This document shows, piece after piece, positions 36,795 to 46,460 of a DNA stretch of 64,000 bases. The DNA lies in assembly GCA_965267605.1 (NCBI GenBank), contig OZ254088.1:1354790-1418789 (forward strand). The letters are read 5' to 3'. A program made the position numbers and the translations under genes. Position 1 is the stretch's first letter; the number at the start of each line of letters is the position of its first letter. Origin of the DNA: Vicingaceae bacterium (GTDB lineage Bacteria; Bacteroidota; Bacteroidia; Flavobacteriales_E; Vicingaceae). Under the pieces are notes generated by a model. That model saw nothing but the letters and a program-made list of their open reading frames with translations, had not been told where the DNA came from and did not search any database.

Positions 36795-37388
36795 ATGAAT
36801 AAGGTCCTTTGGGCCATATTGGCCTTGTTTCTAACTGTCAGCTGCATCTTTACAGGCGATCGACTTACCTGGGGTTTAGAAACCTTTCCCGTGTTCTTTG
36901 CAGGAGCCCTACTCTATTTTACACGCAACAAGTTTCCCTTAACAAAGCTCACGTACATCCTCATTTTCGTCCATTGCATGATCTTAATCTATGGCGGGTG
37001 GTACACCTATGCCAATACACCTTTCGGTGACTGGCTCAAGGCCACATTTGAACTGGAAAGAAACCCTTACGATCGCATCGGTCATTTCGTCCAAGGGTTC
37101 ATTCCTGCAATAATTATTCGCGAAGTACTTATTCGAAAGATCAATTTCAGAAAAGGCGGCTTACTGTTTGTCATCATAGTTCTATCCTGCCTGGGTATCA
37201 GTGCAGCGTATGAGATCATCGAATGGCTAGCAGCTGTTATTCTGGAACAGGGTGCTGATGAATTTCTTGGAACCCAGGGCGATGAGTGGGACACACAATG
37301 GGATATGTTCCTTGCAGGTGTTGGCGCATGTACCGCGCTCATTACCCTTTCTTCCACACACAATAGGCTGCTTTCGGATCTTTCTTGA
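36795..37388 (+). CDS. DUF2238/YjdF-like inner membrane protein
   Basis: ERNPYDRIGHFVQGFIPAIIIRE and multiple transmembrane helices. Start trimmed to ATG 36795 to avoid overlapping the previous ORF. Confidence 0.6.
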   Translation: MNKVLWAILALFLTVSCIFTGDRLTWGLETFPVFFAGALLYFTRNKFPLTKLTYILIFVHCMILIYGGWYTYANTPFGDWLKATFELERNPYDRIGHFVQGFIPAIIIREVLIRKINFRKGGLLFVIIVLSCLGISAAYEIIEWLAAVILEQGADEFLGTQGDEWDTQWDMFLAGVGACTALITLSSTHNRLLSDLS

Positions 37389-37447
37389 ACTGAGTAACTG
37401 ATTGTGCACTAAATGGTTAAGAGCATCGTTATTACATACTTAAAGGA

Positions 37448-38179
37448 ATGGTACATATAATTAAGCACTTACTAACTCCGATGCTTGCTGTGATCACTTT
37501 TCTTGGTTACAGCCAATCAACTAGCGTGCCCGCGAAGTTGGACGTTCCAATTACGTTGAAGCACGGGCAATTTCTGAATGGGCAGGAGTTGTACGACACT
37601 ACCGCTGAAGGACGAAGTATGAATACAGCCGGCTTCATCCTGGAGATTGGACATATATTCCCGGTTGGTTTATCCAAGGACGGAAAATTTGCCTTTATCA
37701 CTCAGCCCCCACAAGGCGAACGTGGGTCTTACTATGTGCTTAACGTCTATGATCTGCAGCTCGACACAATGCTGTATACGAAAGACACGGATATCGACAT
37801 CAAGAATACGATAGATACCTATTGGGGCAAGAATTACAAGACCATTGATTCAGTACTTAAATCCTATAACGTTTCGAAATACAATAATTGGAGTCTAATT
37901 CCACCAGACTCACTGCCTGGAAAATTCGTTTTTCGTCACAAGGAGATTAAGAAGGCAGGTATGCTCAGCACGAGGCTTTATCAGGACGTGGGTACGGTTC
38001 AATCAGTTATTGGTAAGCCGATTAGATATCATGAAGAAAACCGGTGGGGATTTGAGGTAGCTGGTTTCATATCTACACCATCCAGCCCACACAAAGCGCT
38101 ACTCTACAAGTACATCAATCGCTGGGCTTGCGGTGGCCCTCCAGCCTATCAGTACCTAAGCGTTTTTGGAACGGAATGA
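37448..38179 (+). CDS. Hypothetical secreted protein
   Basis: Signal peptide; no motif recognised. Confidence 0.45.
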   Translation: MVHIIKHLLTPMLAVITFLGYSQSTSVPAKLDVPITLKHGQFLNGQELYDTTAEGRSMNTAGFILEIGHIFPVGLSKDGKFAFITQPPQGERGSYYVLNVYDLQLDTMLYTKDTDIDIKNTIDTYWGKNYKTIDSVLKSYNVSKYNNWSLIPPDSLPGKFVFRHKEIKKAGMLSTRLYQDVGTVQSVIGKPIRYHEENRWGFEVAGFISTPSSPHKALLYKYINRWACGGPPAYQYLSVFGTE

Positions 38180-38285
38180 CAGCTACTTGAAAAGCGCCAA
38201 TGACTTCAAGATCGTTTGGGTAACACCCCACACCAACGGTACCCCTACAAAGACCCAGCCCAGAATCACCAAGCCAATTTTTGAA

Positions 38286-39653
38286 CTACTCTTGCTCATG
38301 GTGCTTAGGATTAACCGGTTTCACCATTAGATTGGACAGAAGCCCAATGGCCAGTAAACCAGCCATAATATACATGGTAATGGAATAGGCTTCTGCTTTG
38401 GCAATCCCAAGAGATTCAATCTGATATTCCCTCAGGTAGTTGATCAATGATGGGCCAATGACCGCAGCCAGCGACCATGCCAATAAGATTCTACCGTGTA
38501 TTGCCCCTACTTGCTTGGTGCCAAACATATCTCTCAGGTAAGCTGGAATGGTAGCAAATCCTCCACCGTACATGCTCAGGATGACTGCAAACGATGCAAC
38601 AAACAGAACAACACTTCCCATACCACCTGCCCAAGGCACGAGCACGTACAATACCATACCCAACACAAAGAACACGTTGTAGGTCATCTTACGTCCTATC
38701 TTATCCGAGAAAGATGACCAGACAAACCGACCCAGCATATTGAAGAGACTCAACAAACCAACAAATCCAGCCGCAGCACTTTTATCAATCGCTTTTAATT
38801 CTCCTACGGATTCAATAGAGAACATTTCCTGGATCATTACAGATGCCTGTCCCAACACACCAATCCCTGCACTTACATTCAACATCAGAACGAAGAACAG
38901 AAAGTAGAACTGAGGTGTTTTAATCGCTTCGTCCACCAATACATTGTGACTCGAGATCATCTTTGACCTCTTCACCTGAGAGGGGTCATAACCTTCCGGC
39001 TGCCAATCTTCGGCTGGCACCCTTACGGTGAGCATCCCGTACATCATGAAGCACAGATAAACCAATCCCATTACAACAAAGGTTTCACCAACACCAGTAG
39101 ATGTCTCGCTTTGGAACATATCCATTAACCAGACAGAAAGCGGTGATGCAATCATAGCACCACCTCCAAAACCCATAATGGCCATACCTGTCGCCATACC
39201 GGGTCTATCTGGAAACCATTTGATGAGCGTTGATACCGGAGAAATATATCCTAACCCAAGTCCAATTCCTCCTAGAACACCGGTTCCCAGGTAAAGCAGC
39301 CAAATCACGTGGGTCCATATACCGACAGCGGAAACAATGAATCCTCCACTGAAGCAGATGGCTGCCACCAACATGGTAAGCCTTGGCCCAACACGCTCTA
39401 CCCATTTCCCAAATACTGCGGCCGATGCCCCCAAGCAGAAAAGCGCAATCGAAAATATCCACCCCAACTGGGTCAAACTCCAATCGTCTTCAGCCACATG
39501 ATCAACACCAAGAACCATCGTAAGCGGCTCGTTGAATACACTGAACGCGTATATCTGTCCAATGCACAAATGAATGGACAAGGCCGAAGTTGGAACCAAC
39601 CAGCGATTGAAGCCCTTGCCGGCCACCGTATTTTCTCTACTGAAAAATCCCAT
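38286..39653 (-). CDS. MFS transporter, oxalate/formate antiporter (OFA) family-like
   Basis: 12 predicted transmembrane segments; OFA-like N-terminus (GFNRWLVPTSALSIHLCIGQIYAFSVF). Confidence 0.8.
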   Translation of the reverse strand: MGFFSRENTVAGKGFNRWLVPTSALSIHLCIGQIYAFSVFNEPLTMVLGVDHVAEDDWSLTQLGWIFSIALFCLGASAAVFGKWVERVGPRLTMLVAAICFSGGFIVSAVGIWTHVIWLLYLGTGVLGGIGLGLGYISPVSTLIKWFPDRPGMATGMAIMGFGGGAMIASPLSVWLMDMFQSETSTGVGETFVVMGLVYLCFMMYGMLTVRVPAEDWQPEGYDPSQVKRSKMISSHNVLVDEAIKTPQFYFLFFVLMLNVSAGIGVLGQASVMIQEMFSIESVGELKAIDKSAAAGFVGLLSLFNMLGRFVWSSFSDKIGRKMTYNVFFVLGMVLYVLVPWAGGMGSVVLFVASFAVILSMYGGGFATIPAYLRDMFGTKQVGAIHGRILLAWSLAAVIGPSLINYLREYQIESLGIAKAEAYSITMYIMAGLLAIGLLSNLMVKPVNPKHHEQE

Positions 39654-39802
39654 TGAGCTATACTAAGATTGCATCCCCTCACGAGAATAACAAATCAAAT
39701 CCGTGTCGTTTCTACCGCTCCTGAGGAGGAAATACCGTTCCCTTGCCGCTGTAGGATTTGAATACATGAACCTGTATCTTGGCTGTAGCCAACCCACTAC
39801 TT

Positions 39803-42331
39803 ATGAAACGGTTCATTACAGTATCCGCCACTGCAATCATGTGTACAACCTTGTGCGCTCAGCAGATCGTTAAGAAAACGAATCCAGACTACCACCCAAA
39901 TCTGGAGAAAACGAAGCAATTCAAACGTGCCTACTACTACGCGCTGGAGCGTGAAGTGCCAGAAGGGTTGAACCCCGATGCTGCGCGCTGGGAACAGTTC
40001 AAAAAAAGCAAAGCCAATACACTGAAAGATGACCAGATCAATGCTACTGCGAATTGGGTAAGCTACGGTGCCAAGAATTTCGGAGGACGACTCATCTCTC
40101 ATGCTTTAGACCCGAACAATGATTCTATTGTATGGGCGGGAAGCGCTAATGGAGGGCTCTGGCGGTCAGATGACCTCGGTATGCATTGGGAACCCTATAC
40201 CGATGACCTTCCTTCAATTGCAATTGGTGCTATAGGCATCAACCCCAAAGACCCTAATCAGATGTTGATTGGTACTGGTGAAGGGTACGGACTTTCAAGT
40301 GAGTTTGTTTTTGGTGTTGGTGTGCTGAAATCCTTTGATGGCGGACAAACTTGGGTCCCCACATCGATCTCAGCAGCACTTTCCAGTGGTTTTGGCTCAC
40401 ATAAGATGGTTTGGCACCCCCAAGACACCAATATTGTAAACTTCGCCTCTAACAGTGGAATCTTCCACTCTACAGACGGTGGAATGAACTGGACCAATGC
40501 ATTGCCGCTTGTTGGTTGCGACATTATAGCAGATCCACAGGCCCCAGACACGTTATACGCATGCGCCCAGTACTACAACTCTTCACTTCTAGGGGGAATG
40601 TACCGATCGACCGATAAGGGAGCCACCTGGACCCAACTCACCAATGGTCTCCCTCCGGACGCTCAAATAGGTTTTACATCACTTACGGTTCACCCTACAC
40701 ACACCAACGTACTTTACGCCTGCATTGGTGAGCCAAGGAATTCACCTAACATTGGTAAGACCAGAGGGGTATTCAAGAGCTCCGATTACGGCAGTACATG
40801 GCGCCAATTAACCACATCGGTTGACGTGATGTGCTATCAACCTCCTTACCAGAATGTTTGTCAGAGCTGGTTCGCCAATGTGATAACCGTATCACCAACA
40901 GACACGAATACTGTGCTGGCTGGAGGCACACGCCTTTGGATATCTACGGATGGTGGCACTAATTGGGGGCTTCATGATACCGTTTGCAATAACAAACGAG
41001 GACGTGTTCACCCCGATCATCATTCCATCTATTGGCATCCAACGAGTCCCAACAAGATATACCTGTTCACGGATGGAGGATTCAATTATACCTCAGATGC
41101 GGGACTAAGCTGGGAAGAACGCAACACTAATCTCAATACGTTACAATTCTATTTCATCACACCTACGGAAGCGCACAACGATTTGATCATTGGAGGAACT
41201 CAAGACAACGGGGTGTTCTCCAACTGGGATGCACATGCAGATAGCAATTGGACCCATGAAGTTTACGGTGATGGTTTCGATGTTGAACTCCACCCATCCA
41301 ATGACTCCATTTGGTACTGCACTACCTACAATAGTTCAGGATCACGTCTGCGATCAACTACCGGAGGCCGTACGTGGGAAGTGATTGACTCTCTAACGGA
41401 CAAGCAAAGACTTTGGCGCATGCCCATAGAGCTAGACCGAAACAACCCGAACATCCTGTTCAGTGCCAGCTCCAATAACATGTACAAGTCTACAGATGGT
41501 GGCACCACGTGGCAACAGATGAATGGTTTCAACAATATGACCATCATTGAAGTAGACCGTACGGATCCTAACCTGGTTTATGCTACATCCACTTGGAATG
41601 GCGGCTTTTTACGTTCTCTGGATGGAGGTAATACCTGGTCGGTTATTCCTGAGCCTGGTCCGGGAGGTAACATTTCAGATTTGGAATCTAAACCCGGAAG
41701 ACCAGGTCACCTGTATGCTACCAGAGGAACTTTTTCGGGTGGATTGCAGATCTTCTATTCCTCTGATTCTGCAAGCACATGGTCTAATATCACCGGAGAT
41801 TTTCCAGCCATACCTGCAAATACAATAGCACCAAGTCCTCATGACGCCAATGACCTCTATGTTGGAAGCGATCTTGGCGTATATTTCAGTGACGACCATG
41901 GACTAACATGGACAGAGTACAGCGACAATCTGCCTAACACAGTTGTTGCAGACCTTCATTATTATGAAGCAGACAGCACGTTGAGGGCTGGAACCCATGG
42001 TCGCGGATATTGGGTAACCAAAGCTGCTGCACCAACGGTTGGGGTCAGCGTTAATGAACACCAGACCAATATTCACGTCAACCTGTATCCTAATCCGGCT
42101 AACGAGAACGTGCGCATTCAGATAACATCGGAATCCAGGGTCAATGAGATACAGGTACTTGATCAGTTAGGACAAGTGGTTACGCATATTCCTGTCATCT
42201 CAGACACCAAAGTGAATTCAACATGGAATTTGAAGAACAGCGTAGGCCATCGTGTTGCGAATGGTATATATTTCATTCAGGTTAAAACCAGCCGCAAGGC
42301 CATTGTGAAGAAGCTGGTCATTAATCAATGA
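39803..42331 (+). CDS. BNR/sortilin(VPS10)-repeat beta-propeller protein with a T9SS type A C-terminal sorting domain
   Basis: Many S-x-D-x-G-x-T-W repeats (STDGGTTW, STDKGATW, SDDHGLTW). The C-terminal NLYPNPANENVRIQ...GIYFIQVKT...KKLVINQ is a T9SS C-terminal domain. Confidence 0.8.
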   Translation: MKRFITVSATAIMCTTLCAQQIVKKTNPDYHPNLEKTKQFKRAYYYALEREVPEGLNPDAARWEQFKKSKANTLKDDQINATANWVSYGAKNFGGRLISHALDPNNDSIVWAGSANGGLWRSDDLGMHWEPYTDDLPSIAIGAIGINPKDPNQMLIGTGEGYGLSSEFVFGVGVLKSFDGGQTWVPTSISAALSSGFGSHKMVWHPQDTNIVNFASNSGIFHSTDGGMNWTNALPLVGCDIIADPQAPDTLYACAQYYNSSLLGGMYRSTDKGATWTQLTNGLPPDAQIGFTSLTVHPTHTNVLYACIGEPRNSPNIGKTRGVFKSSDYGSTWRQLTTSVDVMCYQPPYQNVCQSWFANVITVSPTDTNTVLAGGTRLWISTDGGTNWGLHDTVCNNKRGRVHPDHHSIYWHPTSPNKIYLFTDGGFNYTSDAGLSWEERNTNLNTLQFYFITPTEAHNDLIIGGTQDNGVFSNWDAHADSNWTHEVYGDGFDVELHPSNDSIWYCTTYNSSGSRLRSTTGGRTWEVIDSLTDKQRLWRMPIELDRNNPNILFSASSNNMYKSTDGGTTWQQMNGFNNMTIIEVDRTDPNLVYATSTWNGGFLRSLDGGNTWSVIPEPGPGGNISDLESKPGRPGHLYATRGTFSGGLQIFYSSDSASTWSNITGDFPAIPANTIAPSPHDANDLYVGSDLGVYFSDDHGLTWTEYSDNLPNTVVADLHYYEADSTLRAGTHGRGYWVTKAAAPTVGVSVNEHQTNIHVNLYPNPANENVRIQITSESRVNEIQVLDQLGQVVTHIPVISDTKVNSTWNLKNSVGHRVANGIYFIQVKTSRKAIVKKLVINQ

Positions 42332-42660
42332 CGGAAAAGGACAAAATAGAAGTGAAAAGATTGCTCAAGGAAGCGATCGCAAAGACACAGGAAGACATCC
42401 AGGGATACAAAGACATGTCTGCTCCGGTGGAAACAGACGATGCCATCGGCCGATTGTCAAGAATGGACGCCATCAACAATAAAAGCGTTACAGAAGCAGC
42501 CCTTCGTAATGCGGAGGAGAAACTCGCAGGACTGGAACATGCCCTAACCCAACTAGATGATCCGGAATTTGGTCAATGTGCGAGGTGCAGCCAGGAAATT
42601 CCAATTCAGCGTATATTGTTCAGGCCTCAATCCAGGCTGTGTGTTAACTGTGCGAGATGA
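42328..42660 (+). CDS. TraR/DksA family C4-type zinc-finger protein
   Basis: A coiled coil plus CARCSQEI...CVNC (four Cys). Its start overlaps the upstream stop (ATGA). Confidence 0.75.
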   Translation: MTEKDKIEVKRLLKEAIAKTQEDIQGYKDMSAPVETDDAIGRLSRMDAINNKSVTEAALRNAEEKLAGLEHALTQLDDPEFGQCARCSQEIPIQRILFRPQSRLCVNCAR

Positions 42661-43175
42661 AAGAAGATGTTGTAAGAATTGCCGAGTTCAGTCCGAAGGT
42701 CAAAACTTATGTGTTTCTGGTTGTGGCCTTTTTCTTATTGGTAACCATTGTTGGCATTCCCATTCTACTGGTGTGGCTCATAGGTGTTGGCCAAACGTTT
42801 AGCAAGAAGTACTACAGCAACCTTGAATGTAAGCTCACCAGGCACCACCTCAACTTCAAAAAAGGTGTGATGTTCAAACTGGAGAAATCCATTCCGCTAG
42901 AGAACATTCAGGACATCACCTTCATCCAAAACCCTATTCTAAAGTGGCTTGATCTTAGAATACTTAAGGTTGAAACGGCTGGTGGACAGAGCAAAACGGG
43001 GGCTTCGGACCTTACCCTGGTTGGCATCATGGACACACCTGAATTCAAAGACCTTATCCTGGAGCAACGTGAAAACATAACAGTGAACAGACATTCTGGG
43101 GCTAGCACATCTGCCGGAGGCGATGAAATGCTTGAGGTTTTGAAAGAAATAAGAGACCTGCTGAAAAACAAGTAG
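42657..43175 (+). CDS. Membrane-flanked bacterial PH-domain protein (bPH_2 / YdbS-like)
   Basis: Two transmembrane helices, then ...LENIQDITFIQNPILKWLDLRILKVETAGG, the hallmark of bPH_2. Its start overlaps the upstream stop. Confidence 0.7.
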   Translation: MKEDVVRIAEFSPKVKTYVFLVVAFFLLVTIVGIPILLVWLIGVGQTFSKKYYSNLECKLTRHHLNFKKGVMFKLEKSIPLENIQDITFIQNPILKWLDLRILKVETAGGQSKTGASDLTLVGIMDTPEFKDLILEQRENITVNRHSGASTSAGGDEMLEVLKEIRDLLKNK

Positions 43176-43255
43176 TGCACTTTTCCTGTTAATATTTCCC
43201 AAAAGGTGATGAACGGTCTTCGATGATCGTGTGGAATTGCTCAATTTTGTGTCTA

Positions 43256-45955
43256 ATGAAGGTGATCAGGGGAATCAATCTGCTATTGGCATGCTTCCTA
43301 AGCGTTATCTCGTACGCACAGGTAGTCAAAGGCAAGCTTACTGACCGCAAGGGCAATCCGCTCCCCTACGCCAGTGTTTACACTAAGCAATCTACCTACG
43401 GAGTTTCAACCAACGGGAAGGGAGATTTCTTTCTTGAGATGAAGCCAGGCAAACACACCCTTGTCTTTTCCTACCTGGGGTATGAGTCCAGTGAACACGT
43501 TGTAACGCTCACTGCTGGAAAAGTGCACCGCATGGACGTTCAACTCAAAGAGCAATCTACCCAACTGAGAGAGTTTGAAATCGTTGCCAATACGAGAGAC
43601 CTTGGGAAAGAAATCATGAGGAAGGTTCGTGATAAGAGGAGAATGTATCTGAACAGCTACGAAGGGTATCACTGTGAAACGTACCTGAAAACTTCAATGG
43701 AAAAGAACCTGGCCAGGCCTAGAAAGCCAAAAGCCAAACCCGATTCACTTTCCAAGACCAGTGTAAAGGATACCCTGCGTACTCCACGACAGATCAAAAG
43801 AGATTCGATACGCGCAAGAAAAGACTCTATCAGGGCTGTTAGAAAAGCAATGGCGGATTCAATCTACGCCAACGGTGGTAGACCGGATTCCATTAAAGGA
43901 CCTAACCCTCAGCCTTCTTCTCTTGAATTAGGAGATTCTACCAAGCGGAAGCTCAATCTTATAGAAGCTTATTCAACTACTTATTTCTCAAAGCCTGGTA
44001 AATACAAAGAAGTAATACACGCCTATCATGATTACGCCAACAGAAATACGGGGTACGTAACCGAAGTAAACATTGGTGTTGAGTTTGGCGAATATGAAAT
44101 GATACCTCAGCAGTACATGGCAACGAATCCATATCTGCTGTACGAGGACGTATCCTCTGCAGATTTCAACTTCTATAAGAACCTTATGGAGTTTGAGGCC
44201 ATTACTCAAAAACCGCTCCTATCACCTATTGCAGGCAATGGTTACCTGAGTTACAAGTACGATTACGAAACCGCGTTCTACGAGGGAGATCAGAAAATCT
44301 ACAAGATCAAGGTTACTCCACTTTACAAAGGCGAACCATTATTCTATGGGTCCATATTTATAGAAGATAGTACATGGGCGTTACGCGCTGTGGATTTACG
44401 CATTAACAAGGGGACCATGTTCTTTTGTTCTGATTTCCGAATCATTCAGAACTATGAGCGTATTGACACTAACGTTTACCTGCCCGTTAGAAGAGAGTTG
44501 TTCTACACCATCAAAGAAGGCAGATACGATGTTATTGGGAACACGAGGGTGAACCACAAGGATTACGTCATCAATCCCACCTATACCTCCCGTTTCTTTA
44601 AAAATGAGCTGGTACGGTATGAAGATGACGCATTCGAACGGTCTGCAGAGTATTGGGATAATGCACGGCCTATTACCCTTGATTCCACCGAGCTGCAGTA
44701 TGTACATAGATCAGACAGTATTACAGAATACTACGAGAGTGCTGAATACAAAAGAAAGCAAGACTCCCTGTTCAATCGAATCAACATTTGGACACCGTTT
44801 AATGGCCTTGGGCACAAAAACAGTTTCAAAGGATATACCTGGTACATCTCTGGCATCTTCGAACAGATCAATCCTGTGGGAATTGGTGGATACAGACACC
44901 GCTTGCCAGGATGGTTCAGTTACAAAATGAAAAACGACATGACCATCGAGATGGATGGATTCATCGACTATGGTTTTAGGAATAAGGATGTGAAGGGTAA
45001 GATGGGAATTGGACTCACCTACCTTCCTAAGAAGTTCGTGAGAACCTTTGTTCGTGCAGGAGAATGGTACGATATGATCAATCCCTATTCTTCCTTCATT
45101 CAAGTATTCTCACGAAGCAACTACCTGCGTACACGTTCATTGGAAGTTGCACAAAGAATTGAACTGGTCAACGGATTATTCGCAGAACTCACGTTGGACT
45201 ATTCAGACAAGAACCCTATCACAGGACTAACACTATCGGAATGGTCTCAAGAAGCTTTCGACACATTAAATGCACCGATTGACTTCCAACGCTATACGAA
45301 ATCGCAGATTCAACTGGAACTTAAATACGTTCCCTTTCAGAAGTATCAGATACGCGGGAAGCGTAAGATTCTTAAGGGCAGTGACTGGCCTACATTTCAT
45401 TTCACTTATAGAAAAGGACTCAATGGCTTCCTTGGTAGTCAGGTAGATTTCGATTATCTGGAAATTGGAGCCAAGCAAGAGCTACAGCTGGCCCGCTTTG
45501 GATCCTCCAGGTGGAATGTGGAAGCAGGATCGTTTGTAAACAGGAGAAGTCTGAGGCAGGTAGAATGGAATTACTTCAGGGGCTCAGATCAATTGTTCTT
45601 CTCCGACCCACTTAGGTCGTTTCAGTTGTTAGGGCCAACACTATCTACCTCTACCGAATTCTTCCGAGCCAATTATATCCATCACTTTGAAGGCTCCATC
45701 ATGAACAAAGTCCCTCTGTTCAATAAAATGCGCCTGGGATTGGCCGGAGGTGCAGGAACCATTATTATGCCTAGAGACGATTTCAATCATTTCGAACTCT
45801 TCGCAGGGGTTGAGAAGATCTTCAGAATTCGGGAGCAACTCTTTAGGTTCGGAGTTTATGGTGTTACAGCGGATAACAACCTATCCAAAGCTCGTATAAC
45901 TACCAAGATTGGGTTGAGTTTCTACAACTCGTTCTCTAAAAGATGGGACTACTAG
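43256..45955 (+). CDS. DUF5686 family protein with an N-terminal CarbopepD_reg-like domain
   Basis: Signal peptide MKVIRGINLLLACFLSVISYAQ; VKGKLTDRKGNPLPYASVY...GKHTLVFSYLGYES fold; long beta-rich C-terminus typical of DUF5686. Confidence 0.7.
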   Translation: MKVIRGINLLLACFLSVISYAQVVKGKLTDRKGNPLPYASVYTKQSTYGVSTNGKGDFFLEMKPGKHTLVFSYLGYESSEHVVTLTAGKVHRMDVQLKEQSTQLREFEIVANTRDLGKEIMRKVRDKRRMYLNSYEGYHCETYLKTSMEKNLARPRKPKAKPDSLSKTSVKDTLRTPRQIKRDSIRARKDSIRAVRKAMADSIYANGGRPDSIKGPNPQPSSLELGDSTKRKLNLIEAYSTTYFSKPGKYKEVIHAYHDYANRNTGYVTEVNIGVEFGEYEMIPQQYMATNPYLLYEDVSSADFNFYKNLMEFEAITQKPLLSPIAGNGYLSYKYDYETAFYEGDQKIYKIKVTPLYKGEPLFYGSIFIEDSTWALRAVDLRINKGTMFFCSDFRIIQNYERIDTNVYLPVRRELFYTIKEGRYDVIGNTRVNHKDYVINPTYTSRFFKNELVRYEDDAFERSAEYWDNARPITLDSTELQYVHRSDSITEYYESAEYKRKQDSLFNRINIWTPFNGLGHKNSFKGYTWYISGIFEQINPVGIGGYRHRLPGWFSYKMKNDMTIEMDGFIDYGFRNKDVKGKMGIGLTYLPKKFVRTFVRAGEWYDMINPYSSFIQVFSRSNYLRTRSLEVAQRIELVNGLFAELTLDYSDKNPITGLTLSEWSQEAFDTLNAPIDFQRYTKSQIQLELKYVPFQKYQIRGKRKILKGSDWPTFHFTYRKGLNGFLGSQVDFDYLEIGAKQELQLARFGSSRWNVEAGSFVNRRSLRQVEWNYFRGSDQLFFSDPLRSFQLLGPTLSTSTEFFRANYIHHFEGSIMNKVPLFNKMRLGLAGGAGTIIMPRDDFNHFELFAGVEKIFRIREQLFRFGVYGVTADNNLSKARITTKIGLSFYNSFSKRWDY

Positions 45956-45957
45956 CC

Positions 45958-46113
45958 TATGATGATTGTCCTGTACATTCTAGGAGCTGTAGCTATCGTC
46001 ATTACCCTGAGGTACTTCTACACAGCGGTTCAGTCAATTATCGCCACGCGAAAACGAGACAAAGAAGCACAAGAAGCATGGGAAGAGCTTAAGGAGCAGG
46101 ATGATCAGAACTG
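45958..46113 (+). CDS. Small hypothetical membrane protein (51 aa), speculative
   Basis: ATG directly after the upstream stop. One transmembrane helix (MMIVLYILGAVAIVITL) and a charged tail. Confidence 0.2.
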
Positions 46114-46458
46114 ATCCGTTCGCAACATAACGAGCGTACAAGCGCGTACGGTCTCAATACCTGCATCCATCAAGCGTTTCTCAAATTCCGGATTCTCCGT
46201 TCCAGGATTGAAGATTACGCGCGTAGGCCTTAGGTCCAGGATATACGATTCAAAATTGCTTTGACGTTGCGCGTTGAGGTACAATGTTACCGTATGAAAT
46301 TCTCCGACTGGAAGTTCCGTCTGTATCTCTACATCTGCAACCTGCCCTTCACGTAGGCCATGAGCAGTAGTTTCGTGCTCGGCTTCCCGAAGCATACGAA
46401 TCGCCTTGTTTGAATATCGCTCAGACTTCAAAGAAGCCCCTAGTACCAATGTTTTCAT
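46105..46458 (-). CDS. CoA-binding domain protein (YccU-like)
   Basis: MKTLVLGASLKSERYSNKAIRMLREAEHE...VIFNPGTEN is a Rossmann-like CoA-binding signature. Confidence 0.75.
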   Translation of the reverse strand: MKTLVLGASLKSERYSNKAIRMLREAEHETTAHGLREGQVADVEIQTELPVGEFHTVTLYLNAQRQSNFESYILDLRPTRVIFNPGTENPEFEKRLMDAGIETVRACTLVMLRTDQF

Positions 46459-46460
46459 CT

